Shown here: in pieces, positions 48,190 to 57,320 of the stretch
Position numbering within the stretch: the stretch's first letter is position 1
How the letters are laid out: every line of letters begins with the position of its first letter
Origin: a virus
Lineage: Duplodnaviria; Caudoviricetes
Direction: 5' to 3' (one strand)
Virus record (IMG/VR): IMGVR_UViG_2788500073_000001
Span: 1 to 64,000 of that record
DNA length: 64,000 bases
The notes under the pieces: generated by a model
What the model was told of the DNA's origin: nothing
Databases searched by the model: none
What the model saw: only the letters and a program-made list of their open reading frames with translations
Translations under genes and position numbers: made by a program

Positions 48190-48582
48190 ATGAAATCAAT
48201 GAAGCGCGCTCTCAGCCTGGGCCTTGCCCTGATGGTTATGACGGCAGCTACCAGCGTAGCCTACGCCAGATATGCCTACATCCGCCAATTTACCTTTGAC
48301 GGGGATATTGGTGCGACATCGGTGTACGGGGAGGCCTATGTGTCGCTGGATGGACAGGACTCATCCATGACCACCATCACCTTACAACGCTCCAGCGATG
48401 GAGGCCGTACCTATAAGACCGACCGGGTGCTGACTGCCAGGCATACGACCAGCAGCTCCTACTCTGCGGTGGGCGAGGCCGATAACCTCAACCCCGCCTA
48501 TGAGTACCGGCTGAAAGCTGAGGTCTTCGTCTATGACGAAGATAACAACGAAATCGACTACGACGTAGCATATATCGACTAA
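48190..48582 (+). CDS. small secreted protein (likely ECF target)
   Basis: Signal peptide ending 'AYA'; AGGAGG RBS; ECF-type promoter upstream. Confidence 0.7.
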   Translation: MKSMKRALSLGLALMVMTAATSVAYARYAYIRQFTFDGDIGATSVYGEAYVSLDGQDSSMTTITLQRSSDGGRTYKTDRVLTARHTTSSSYSAVGEADNLNPAYEYRLKAEVFVYDEDNNEIDYDVAYID

Positions 48583-48747
48583 ACCCAAGTGTTCCTCTCA
48601 CAATTTCATAAAAACTCAGGGTGTGCAGCGCAAAACGACGCTTGCCATACCCTGAGTTTTTTATCCACTGAAAGGGGGCGATCCCGATGATGTAACCTAT
48701 CTTCGCCGGAAAATCCACACGAAAAGCAACAATGGGAGGTTGAGAGA

Positions 48748-49449
48748 TTGATTGCTTTTTCCAGAACCGATATGGAACTGCTCGCTGACAGCATTATCAC
48801 TGATTATCGTGGGAGTGTGTTGACTCCATTCAGCCCGGTTGACGTTGACCGCTTGGCTTCTGAATATCTGGGCTTGGATGTTTCCTACATGGATTTTCCC
48901 CAGGATTCCGAAATCCTGGGCGTGACCGCCTATTCACAGTGCTGCCTGCACTTAAAAGGCCAGGATATTCAACTTAATTCCAATACTGTCCTCCTGGCCA
49001 AATCCCTGAAGCCCGGGGAACGGGGCGCCAATGAAGGCCGCCGGCGCTTTACTCTGGCTCACGAGTGCGCTCATCAGATCCTCTACCGGTATGAATCGGC
49101 TGTGGCACGGGAAGAAATCTGCCGGCCTTATTCCTGCCGGCGGGCGTTCTCTTTGCGGGAGCTGAAAACCCATGAAGATTGGAATGAGTGGCAGGCAGAT
49201 GCCCTTGGTGCCGCGCTGCTGATGCCGGAAGAGCTTGTGAGGCGCGTGGTATACCTTTTTACCCCTGATAATAAGCTGACGCGCTATGGGGACTGGTTCC
49301 CGCCGGAGGAGTACCGGCGTCTGGACAATATGAGCCGCTTCCTTGGCGTGTCGCACGCTGCTTTGCTGATCCGCCTCAAACAGCTGGGACTTCTGGAGCA
49401 GAAGAGATCCGGTGATTATCGAAATCCTTTGGATGTGGTGGCTGCATGA
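48748..49449 (+). CDS. ImmA/IrrE family metallopeptidase
   Basis: 'RRRFTLAHECAH' and 'EWQADALGAALLMP'. Confidence 0.9.
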   Translation: MIAFSRTDMELLADSIITDYRGSVLTPFSPVDVDRLASEYLGLDVSYMDFPQDSEILGVTAYSQCCLHLKGQDIQLNSNTVLLAKSLKPGERGANEGRRRFTLAHECAHQILYRYESAVAREEICRPYSCRRAFSLRELKTHEDWNEWQADALGAALLMPEELVRRVVYLFTPDNKLTRYGDWFPPEEYRRLDNMSRFLGVSHAALLIRLKQLGLLEQKRSGDYRNPLDVVAA

Positions 49450-49676
49450 AGAAAAGACAATTTGTACCGCCAACGCCTCAGATGTTGGCGAAGATCAGAA
49501 AAGCCGAGCTGGATGTGGTCGGGCATAATCAGAGAAACATTATGTGCCCGTACTGCCGGCGCCGCGCTATCATCGTATTTGACGATGCCAGCGGTCACAT
49601 CCAGACCCGCTGTAAGCACTGCGGGAAAGAGGTCATCATTGACCTGGTGAATATGAGAAGAACCCGACGGTTCTGA
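49446..49676 (+). CDS. small Zn-ribbon protein (Mu Com-like)
   Basis: 'IMCPYC...HIQTRCKHCGKE'; overlaps the immA stop codon. Confidence 0.7.
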   Translation: MKKRQFVPPTPQMLAKIRKAELDVVGHNQRNIMCPYCRRRAIIVFDDASGHIQTRCKHCGKEVIIDLVNMRRTRRF

Positions 49677-49891
49677 TCATATACCTGCCGGTTAGGCAGG
49701 CTGAGTACGAATATCCACACAAACGAAAATGACGCCGTGCACGGAGCCGCCGATGGCTGGACTTCCAAAGCCGCAACGAAAACCCTTTGCAAAAAGGGCT
49801 TTTCAACTGTGGCTTTGGATACGTCTGGGCCACCTGGCGGCTTTATTAGTTTTCCCTTCCCGGCTCCTCGCGGCCGGAAGGAGAAAACATC

Positions 49892-50326
49892 ATGGCACGA
49901 CACAAGAAAATCCGCGACAAGTATTTCATCAATCTGAACGGCCAGAAAATTGAGGTCACGAGGGAGGTCTATGAAGCCTGGTACGGCGGGGAGCGGAAGG
50001 AACGCTACCTGGAGGAGCGCGAGCGTGATTTCGGGGTTTATCCTGCCAGCAGTCTCACCGATGCCGACGGAGAACTCGATCCCCTGGACGCTGCCCAGTC
50101 CTCAGCAAATACGGAAGAAGAAGTGGAGCAGAAGGAAGAGTATGCGGAACTCTACAAAGCCCTTCATACTTTGCCGGAAAAGGAGCGCACAGTGCTCCAT
50201 CAGCTCTTTTTCCAGGGACTTACCATTGCGCGGATAGCCGAGCTGGAAGGCCTCGATGAGAGCAGCATCCGCTGGAGAAGGGACAGCGCCATCAAGAAGC
50301 TGAAAAAATATTTTGAGAAAATCTGA
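49892..50326 (+). CDS. sigma-70 region-4 protein (Tn916 Orf7-like)
   Basis: 'IEVTREVY', 'LPEKER..L...FFQGLT...IAE..G....SI..R...A.KKLK'. Confidence 0.85.
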   Translation: MARHKKIRDKYFINLNGQKIEVTREVYEAWYGGERKERYLEERERDFGVYPASSLTDADGELDPLDAAQSSANTEEEVEQKEEYAELYKALHTLPEKERTVLHQLFFQGLTIARIAELEGLDESSIRWRRDSAIKKLKKYFEKI

Positions 50327-50485
50327 AAAACTCTCCCGGATTGGGCTGATTTTTAGGATATAAGATAGAGGGGTTTTTAACAGCTCCTCAAAGGAAGCGA
50401 AAGCCCCGGCTAGGACGGCTCGCCGCAGAGTGCCGGAAAGCAAAGGACTTTCAAAACTGAATGATTTTAAAAAGGAGAGATTACT

Positions 50486-51472
50486 ATGGCACTTGTAAAT
50501 GGTGCGACTTATCGGTTTGAGAACCGTGCTGATCCTAACCGTTCTCTGAATGTGTACGGCAACAGCCCTGCTTCTCTTGCCAATGTTTGCCTGTGGACCT
50601 CGGATGACGATGACATTTGCCAGCAGTGGGTTTACATGAAGTCTGGCAGCCATGCGTATCTCGTGTGCAAGGGCAATCAGAATCTGGCCCTGGATCTCTA
50701 CACCGGTTCCGGTTCTTCGACTGTGAAGAACTACAACGCGCATGTCTATGCGCCTTCCGAGACCTCTTACATTGAGATCGAGGAGTCGGACGGCGATTAC
50801 ATCCAGATTAAGCTGGAGGAGTATTCCAACAAGTATCTGACTGCCAACCAGGGCAGCAACGGTACTTCCGGCGGTAAGGATGTCAATGCGGCTGGTAACG
50901 TTTACTTCTACAACGGAGGTCTGACCGACGACAGCCAGGATTGGCTGCCGGTTCGGCTGGATGGAGGTTCTGCCCCTGAACCAGGTGATGAAGGCGAAGG
51001 TAATGGCACAATCACTGTTGGCCAAAGACCTTCTACCCTTAATTACAATCGTGCTTGCTATGGGCCTAGCTTCAACCGTTTCCATGAAGATTATGCTCCG
51101 GGTAATGGGACAGCACAGTGCACCTGGCATTGTTATGGCCGAGCTTTCGAGGTGCTCGGTAAAACGATTCAGTTCTCTGGTTCCGGTGGTCTTCACGGGA
51201 AGTATTGGTATGATCGAATCACCAATGGAGAGCAGTCGAGCGTTCCCAAAGCAAATTCCATCGCAGTATGGGATGATGGAGGCAGTTATGGTCATGTTGG
51301 TTATGTAGAGAAGGTAGACAGTAATTATGTTTATGTTTCTGAGGCTAACTGGGGCCCTGATTACACCATGAATGTTCTGGATGCGACTGACGGCCAGGTA
51401 AAGCGATTCCCGAGAGATGATATGGATCGTGGTAGTTACGCTTTCGTAGGCTATGTCCACCTTGACATTTAA
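50486..51472 (+). CDS. ricin-B lectin + CHAP amidase, no signal peptide
   Basis: QxW-type beta-trefoil N-domain; CHAP motifs 'QCTWHC', 'YGHVGYVE', 'SEANW'. Confidence 0.85.
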   Translation: MALVNGATYRFENRADPNRSLNVYGNSPASLANVCLWTSDDDDICQQWVYMKSGSHAYLVCKGNQNLALDLYTGSGSSTVKNYNAHVYAPSETSYIEIEESDGDYIQIKLEEYSNKYLTANQGSNGTSGGKDVNAAGNVYFYNGGLTDDSQDWLPVRLDGGSAPEPGDEGEGNGTITVGQRPSTLNYNRACYGPSFNRFHEDYAPGNGTAQCTWHCYGRAFEVLGKTIQFSGSGGLHGKYWYDRITNGEQSSVPKANSIAVWDDGGSYGHVGYVEKVDSNYVYVSEANWGPDYTMNVLDATDGQVKRFPRDDMDRGSYAFVGYVHLDI

Positions 51473-51477
51473 AGCAG

Positions 51478-51516
51478 AAAAAATCCTGGGAGGCTTTCCC
51501 TCCCAGGATTTTTTTA
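51478..51516. terminator. bidirectional terminator
   Basis: AAAAAATCCTGGGAGG-CTTTC-CCTCCCAGGATTTTTT. Confidence 0.85.
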
Positions 51517-52326
51517 TAAAACAGAGCAAGAAAGAAAACGCCAGCCATATTCTTCAGAGTATTCTAAAGTCACTGTTGAAGATGTTGCAGGATCATTTTC
51601 CGAAGAAGCAGCAGTACGAGTTTCACATGACAATATTGCAATGCCATTTTTAATATTACAGTCTATAATGGTTGTCGTTGAGCTGATGCCACCTCCACCC
51701 ATAGGTGCCCAATATCCGTCAATTTCCGGATCATAATTTTCAATCATATCGTGAAGATTATCTGATGGAATTTTAAAATACTCCTGTAAGGCTTGATCCA
51801 TTATCCGTGCCGGTGTAAAAGGATAATCATAAAAATTTTGATTTTGAAGGGTTCTTACAGCATATTGATATGTGCTTTCCAAATTATCTCCTAGTATATA
51901 GCATCCAGCCGTATAAAGATAGTATCCATCTTCATCCGAATTAGAATCATCGAAATTAGAGGCAAAAATGTTAGAAGGTGCTATTTTGTTTATTTTTTCG
52001 GTGAATAATGCCATCAATTCTGGGGTGATATCCTGATTTAAAACTGCATCAGTCGAGTCCGACTCGGTGGAATCTGAAGAACTATAAGTATTGGGATCTT
52101 CTTGATTATTTATCACAACAGAACTGCTATTACTTTCAGATGAATTTGATGCCTCGACTTCCGATGATGGTGAACTACTCTCCGGCTCATCTTCTGGAGC
52201 AGAAGATGAGGGCATCTCAATTACAGATGATGGCCGATTCTCTTCCGCAGGAGATTCCATGCGGATTGTACAGCCTGTTGTGAGCATGATTACAGTGAAC
52301 ACTGCCGCCCAGATCCTTTTTTTCAT
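51514..52326 (-). CDS. lipoprotein (candidate immunity protein)
   Basis: Lipobox 'LTTGC'; Ser-rich linker; AT-rich; convergent with the CHAP gene. Confidence 0.7.
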   Translation of the reverse strand: MKKRIWAAVFTVIMLTTGCTIRMESPAEENRPSSVIEMPSSSAPEDEPESSSPSSEVEASNSSESNSSSVVINNQEDPNTYSSSDSTESDSTDAVLNQDITPELMALFTEKINKIAPSNIFASNFDDSNSDEDGYYLYTAGCYILGDNLESTYQYAVRTLQNQNFYDYPFTPARIMDQALQEYFKIPSDNLHDMIENYDPEIDGYWAPMGGGGISSTTTIIDCNIKNGIAILSCETRTAASSENDPATSSTVTLEYSEEYGWRFLSCSVL

Positions 52327-52374
52327 TAAAATCTCTCCTTTTTAATTTTTCCAGATTGTGAGGTGATATGAATA

Positions 52375-52812
52375 ATGGACGAAAAAGTGAAGATTGCCCT
52401 TTCTGGCTTCTGTGGCGCACTGGCTGCGTTGGCAGAGAATTATGGCTTGATCCTGACGCTCTGCTGTACCTTCATTCTTATTGACCTGGCTACCGGCCTT
52501 GCCAAAGCGAAGATCCAGGGCAAAATCAATAGCGACACCGGCTACAAGGGCTTCTGGCGCAAGGCAGCCATGCTGGCGGCCTTGGTATTCGGCATCTGTC
52601 TGGATGTGCTCTTTGACTATGTAGCCGGACTCGGTGTTGTTTCAATTACCGTATCTTCGCCGGTGGGGCGCATTCTGGCACTCTACATAGCGATCAACGA
52701 GTGCATTTCGATCTGTGAGAACCTGATCGCCTGCGGCGTGAAGATGCCGAAGTTTCTTTCGGCCGCTCTGGCCGCCGCGAAGGACGGCCTGGATCAAGAT
52801 CAGAAAGAATAA
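52375..52812 (+). CDS. holin (toxin-secretion / phage holin 4 family)
   Basis: 'ID..TG..KA...INS..GYKG..RK' and 'NE.ISI.ENL...GV..PKFL'. Confidence 0.9.
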   Translation: MDEKVKIALSGFCGALAALAENYGLILTLCCTFILIDLATGLAKAKIQGKINSDTGYKGFWRKAAMLAALVFGICLDVLFDYVAGLGVVSITVSSPVGRILALYIAINECISICENLIACGVKMPKFLSAALAAAKDGLDQDQKE

Positions 52813-53232
52813 CAAAAACGACCTGTATGAAATGGGCCGTTTTTGTTTTAAGGGATCGACATGCTGACCACCACCTTCGTACAGCAGAATTTCGCCATAA
52901 TCTCTTTCACATATAAAGACGGGAAATGGGGCAAAGTGCAACATGGTACAGGAGATAATTTTAATGTTTTTACTTTTAAGTTAAAAATAAATGGACGAAT
53001 ATGTTAAATATGTACAGTGAAGTTTGGCTCTTTTTTTGTGTACCGCTGTAAGCGGTTTTTTGTTACAATGAATATAGAAGGATAATCTTCTCTGCAAGCC
53101 CCGTTTTGAAAAGGCTATCCTTCAAAATGCTTTAATGGAAAGCGGCATATAGAGTTTGCTGGAAGAATGCTCTTCCGGCAAGATAGAAAGTCTTTCCAGA
53201 TTCACTTGAATGATCCATAAGGAGGAAGATTC

Positions 53233-55242
53233 ATGAAAGTGAAAAGAATAACAGCCATGGTATTGGCTGCTTTAATGACCAGCGCTACTACAAGCGTGGC
53301 GTTTGCCGTACAGCCAGGCGAGGTCGATGACGACCAGGTTTTGAACTTCTATGCTGGTCCCATCGGAGATGACCTCTACATGATGGACGAGGATGGATTT
53401 ATCCGTGCGGCGGCCCCCGGTGATTTTGCTCCCGGCGATGACATCTATCTTTCACTGATGGAGTACCAGGGCAACTTCAGCACCAGGGATGTCAATGGCC
53501 TGTATGTTTATGATTACTGGGATATTGGCAAGAACTGGGTTGAGGATGTAGAGATTGTTCACAAGAAAGGGCAATGGAAAGAGGCTGAGGCGCCGGCTAA
53601 GATCTATGAGATCTTTGGCACCGGGATTGGAGCCTTCGATAATGTGACCTTCTCCACCTCCAAGACCTACGATCATACGCTGCTGGCTTTGGCCAAAGAA
53701 GCACTTGAGGCAGAACGGGCTGCGGCTGAACAGGAAATTTTCAACGGCTATTCTGTAGAGGAATCGGGAAAAAAGTATCGCTATGATGGCAATACTTATA
53801 CTTCCACGGATGAAGTGGCCAATGCCGCAATTACCGATGGAATTTATCAGTGGCGGGAGTATCACACCATTGACGGAGAGATTGGCTTTGGCGCCTTGCC
53901 CGACTCGACCACAGAGGGGTATCTGAACGGTAAGACTTTGTTCTTAACTGAAGAAGAAGCCTTGGAAAGTGCAAATTGGCATCAGTATACAGCAGCCGAT
54001 GGGGAGCTGTACGCCGTTGAACAGTACATCGGAGGGTTCGGCTCGCTGGCAGAAAGCCAGGGAGATGATCCCAATGTTAAAACACTGCTTGAGTATCTGA
54101 GCATGAATGGCGTGGATACCAGCTCGGTATATGTCAACTCCGAAAATTCAAAATTCCTTATCCTGAATGCAGGAATGACTTCCGATGTATTTGCAGAGCA
54201 GGTTGGTTATACAGCGGTAAATGAGACTGTTTACTATAAGACAGAAAACGGCTCTAATACAACAGTTGATGTAGAAACCGGGCTGAATGGATACTTCAAG
54301 CAGGCTTCCGATGCCGGTTATACATCGCTTGTTGGTGCTGACAAGGATAGCGTCTATGACGATTTGGACCGCTCTGGCCTGGTAGAGCCTGTTTTTGAAG
54401 AAACCGTCTATATTGTAGATGGAAAGAGGCTGACCGAAACAGAAGCCAAGGCCGCAGCTGCTGCAACTGTTCAGGGGGTACTGGACAGTATGACCAGAAA
54501 AGACAATATCAGCGATGGTACGGCTGTTGCCGCTTATTCCCGCAACCCCACCGGCGATTATGACGGTTATGTTACAGACTCTGGATACCATTACTGGCTG
54601 AAGATTTCTACCAGGCGGTCCACCACTACAAGGGATGTGGATATTGTAGGTGATCTCGGAATCGGAACCAACCGCAGGGAAGCTGAGGAAAACACGATTG
54701 ATATAGATATTACCCTGAGCAATGCGGACTCTGATATGGATGACGAATACTATGATTATGTCTATATCGAACCCGGCAAGCGCGCTGTTGTGGACTTTGG
54801 AGACGATGCCAGCGATGAGTTTGAGGTAGAGTTTGGCGATGACGCCTACTTTATCTTTAACGCCCGCAGCCAGAGCAAGTTGAACCTGGCTTATAACACC
54901 AAATTCAACCGGGAGTTTGCTTCTGACTACGATCACGCCAATATCGACTTCATCAACTTTGAGGCAGAGCCTACCACCAATCGGACCGGTACGCTGTATA
55001 TCTATGCCGATGAGGATAGCTACATCTACGAAGTGACCTCCAAGGGCGCCAAGAAAATCTCTGGTGCTTACTACGATGATGACGAGGAAGCCTGGGTGAT
55101 CCGTACCAGACACCTGACATCCTATGCTATCTCGGATAAGAAACTCAAGACTGTGGACCAGATGGATGACAGTTCTTCCATCAACAAGCCCAATAAGCCT
55201 AATAGTGAAGACGACAAGTACAATCCCGACACAGGCCGGTAA
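53233..55242 (+). CDS. large acidic surface/secreted protein ending in NPDTGR
   Basis: Signal peptide ending 'AFA'; AGGAGG RBS; 669 aa. Confidence 0.75.
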   Translation: MKVKRITAMVLAALMTSATTSVAFAVQPGEVDDDQVLNFYAGPIGDDLYMMDEDGFIRAAAPGDFAPGDDIYLSLMEYQGNFSTRDVNGLYVYDYWDIGKNWVEDVEIVHKKGQWKEAEAPAKIYEIFGTGIGAFDNVTFSTSKTYDHTLLALAKEALEAERAAAEQEIFNGYSVEESGKKYRYDGNTYTSTDEVANAAITDGIYQWREYHTIDGEIGFGALPDSTTEGYLNGKTLFLTEEEALESANWHQYTAADGELYAVEQYIGGFGSLAESQGDDPNVKTLLEYLSMNGVDTSSVYVNSENSKFLILNAGMTSDVFAEQVGYTAVNETVYYKTENGSNTTVDVETGLNGYFKQASDAGYTSLVGADKDSVYDDLDRSGLVEPVFEETVYIVDGKRLTETEAKAAAAATVQGVLDSMTRKDNISDGTAVAAYSRNPTGDYDGYVTDSGYHYWLKISTRRSTTTRDVDIVGDLGIGTNRREAEENTIDIDITLSNADSDMDDEYYDYVYIEPGKRAVVDFGDDASDEFEVEFGDDAYFIFNARSQSKLNLAYNTKFNREFASDYDHANIDFINFEAEPTTNRTGTLYIYADEDSYIYEVTSKGAKKISGAYYDDDEEAWVIRTRHLTSYAISDKKLKTVDQMDDSSSINKPNKPNSEDDKYNPDTGR

Positions 55243-55264
55243 TTTGCTTGGCGTTCTGGAAACA

Positions 55265-55299
55265 AAAAAGAGAGTGAATTTTCGTTCACTCTCTTTTTT
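55265..55299. terminator. bidirectional terminator
   Basis: AAAAAGAGAGTGAA-TTTTCG-TTCACTCTCTTTTT. Confidence 0.8.
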
Positions 55300-55388
55300 A
55301 TTGTTGATTTTAACATATTAAGTCATTTTTCTTAACTGTGATGTACTCGAAATCATAGTTGGCATACTGTTGCCTTTCTTTCCTCCTC

Positions 55389-55961
55389 TCAAAGCAGATT
55401 CAGATGGGTTTCCAGCGCCTTTTCGATACGCTCCGGTTCAATGCCAATGTACCGCTGGGTTGTCGCCGGCGACGAGTGCTGCAGAAGCCGCTGAACCAGA
55501 GCAATGTCTTTGCCGTTCTCATTATAGATACTGGTGGCAAAGAATTTGCGAAAGGAGTGGGTGCTGATGTTTTCATACCCAGGCCCCAGATAGTCGCACA
55601 CCATGGCCAGGTGGTTCTGGATCGTCCGCTCGGAGATCGGGAAGATCACATCATCGGCCCCAATCTTGTTTTCGATGCAGTAGCTCTGCAGATAGGTGTA
55701 GAGTTCCACCGGGACGGTAAAGGTCCGTTTCTTTTTGGTCTTTTGCTCAATGAGGTCCAGCCGATACCGTCTGCCATCCCGGATGATGTTGCTGAGGGTC
55801 AGCTTACGGGAGATGTCGGAGATCCGCACACCCAGGTTTGCCTCCACTACCAGCGCGGCCGCGACTCGTGGATTGGGCCGGTGATCCAGAAATCCTTCCT
55901 GGATCGTCTTGATGATCTCGACATACTGCTCGGCGGTGAGCGCCACCGTCCGTTTGTTCAT
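55389..55961 (-). CDS. small (catalytic-domain-only) tyrosine recombinase
   Basis: 'GVRISD', 'EQKTKK', 'HSFRK', 'LQHSS..TTQRYIG'; 190 aa. Confidence 0.9.
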   Translation of the reverse strand: MNKRTVALTAEQYVEIIKTIQEGFLDHRPNPRVAAALVVEANLGVRISDISRKLTLSNIIRDGRRYRLDLIEQKTKKKRTFTVPVELYTYLQSYCIENKIGADDVIFPISERTIQNHLAMVCDYLGPGYENISTHSFRKFFATSIYNENGKDIALVQRLLQHSSPATTQRYIGIEPERIEKALETHLNLL

Positions 55962-56112
55962 AAAGTCACCTCCTGATAAAATTGCGTTTTTTCGCGGCCT
56001 AAATTGCGTATTTTTCGCCGTTTTTTCGGCCGTTTTTGAAGAATGGCTTCATTGCTTGATTTTGCGTTGCGTATTTTCATCAAAAAACGCAATCCTGAAT
56101 TGGGATGGAATT

Positions 56113-56427
56113 TCAGCCCTGAATCGCCGAAATTGCTTCGCTCTTAGTTTTGAAAACAGATTTGTTCAAGGCTTCGCCCTCAAAATGATAAAAGCCGTTA
56201 TTATCAAATATTACCAAGGATAAAATCAACTGTTCGTCCTCGTATATGGTGGCAAAAATAATACCGGGTTCGATCTGTTTTGAATCAAAATCAGCGTACC
56301 AGATGGCATCACCAGTATGGAGTGGCACCGGTTTACCGCCCAATCGATCGACTAATCGTAATCCGAAAATTTCTTGCACCTGTCTAATTTTTTCTCGCAG
56401 TTCCTCATTTGACATTGGTTCTATCAT
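56113..56427 (-). CDS. hypothetical protein
   Basis: Coupled ORF; ends in 'VFKTKSEA', a motif common in phage proteins. Confidence 0.55.
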   Translation of the reverse strand: MIEPMSNEELREKIRQVQEIFGLRLVDRLGGKPVPLHTGDAIWYADFDSKQIEPGIIFATIYEDEQLILSLVIFDNNGFYHFEGEALNKSVFKTKSEAISAIQG

Positions 56428-56636
56428 ATTCTCACCCTCAATTCCTGCAGATCGTCCGTTCGGATTCCGACCAGATACCAGTCATCAGCCATCTCGATCC
56501 GAGTGGGCTTCCACTCGCCATCAATCAGGACATCAAAGCATTCCCCGCAGTGCAGGCCGCCGTAGTAGCAGCCAAGATCAAAGCGAATGTCGTACCGATC
56601 CGTTGCGAGGTCATAGATCAAAGTTCCCTGTTTCAT
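56424..56636 (-). CDS. DUF5348-like protein
   Basis: 'GLHCGECFDVLIDGEWKPTRIEM..DWYL'. Confidence 0.75.
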   Translation of the reverse strand: MKQGTLIYDLATDRYDIRFDLGCYYGGLHCGECFDVLIDGEWKPTRIEMADDWYLVGIRTDDLQELRVRI

Positions 56637-57256
56637 AATGAGCTCCTCCCGATTTGGTTGAACGGAATTATTTTTGCTACATGCTGTTCATTGGCCGGAC
56701 GGCTCGACTGATGAGGACTCACATCCTGAAATCCAGCCGGGGACACATGCACATTGGTCAGGATGAACTGGACGGGAATGATCTGGCCGTTCTGCAACAT
56801 CCGCACTTCATAAAACTTAAAACGCCCCGGCGCTTCTAATTTCACATCCGAATTGGTGATCACGCTCTGTACCAGATCCGGCGCCATACTGGCTTTCACG
56901 CCAAGGCTCTGCACTTCATCGGGACCGGCGACAAACGGATTGGCTGCCAGCGCCTCCACCCGTTTTTTCAATTCTTTCTTCGCGGCGCCGAGCGATGCAA
57001 AATATTGGATGTCAAATTCGCGAAGCCCGGTAGTATTGATGTGGCTGAGATCCGCTGTGCTCACTTTATAAATACGGTCATGAGACAGCTCCCAGATAAC
57101 CTTTCTGTGGAGCTTCACAAAATCCCGTTCTTCTTCTGAAAGGTCATCATGGTTCTCCATACCTTCTACAAAATCCTGAAGGTACTGGATCAGTTCATCT
57201 CTGCTCAGGTCACTGATTTCCAAATTTCGATCCTCCTTTGCATTTAATCTCTTCAC
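56633..57256 (-). CDS. hypothetical protein
   Basis: 207-aa ORF with GTG start inside a tandem repeat. Confidence 0.55.
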   Translation of the reverse strand: MKRLNAKEDRNLEISDLSRDELIQYLQDFVEGMENHDDLSEEERDFVKLHRKVIWELSHDRIYKVSTADLSHINTTGLREFDIQYFASLGAAKKELKKRVEALAANPFVAGPDEVQSLGVKASMAPDLVQSVITNSDVKLEAPGRFKFYEVRMLQNGQIIPVQFILTNVHVSPAGFQDVSPHQSSRPANEQHVAKIIPFNQIGRSSL

Positions 57257-57306
57257 TTAATACATTTAATCTCTTCACTTAATATATTTAATCTCTTCAC
57301 TTAATA
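57241..57306. repeat. 3 x 22-bp tandem repeat (CATTTAATCTCTTCACTTAATA)
   Basis: Units at 57241, 57263 and 57285; one mismatch in the third. Confidence 0.9.
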
Positions 57307-57320
57307 TATAGTAAAAAAAA

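Noticed and set aside
57241-57306. Mini CRISPR array
   Set aside because: The repeats are head-to-tail with no spacers.
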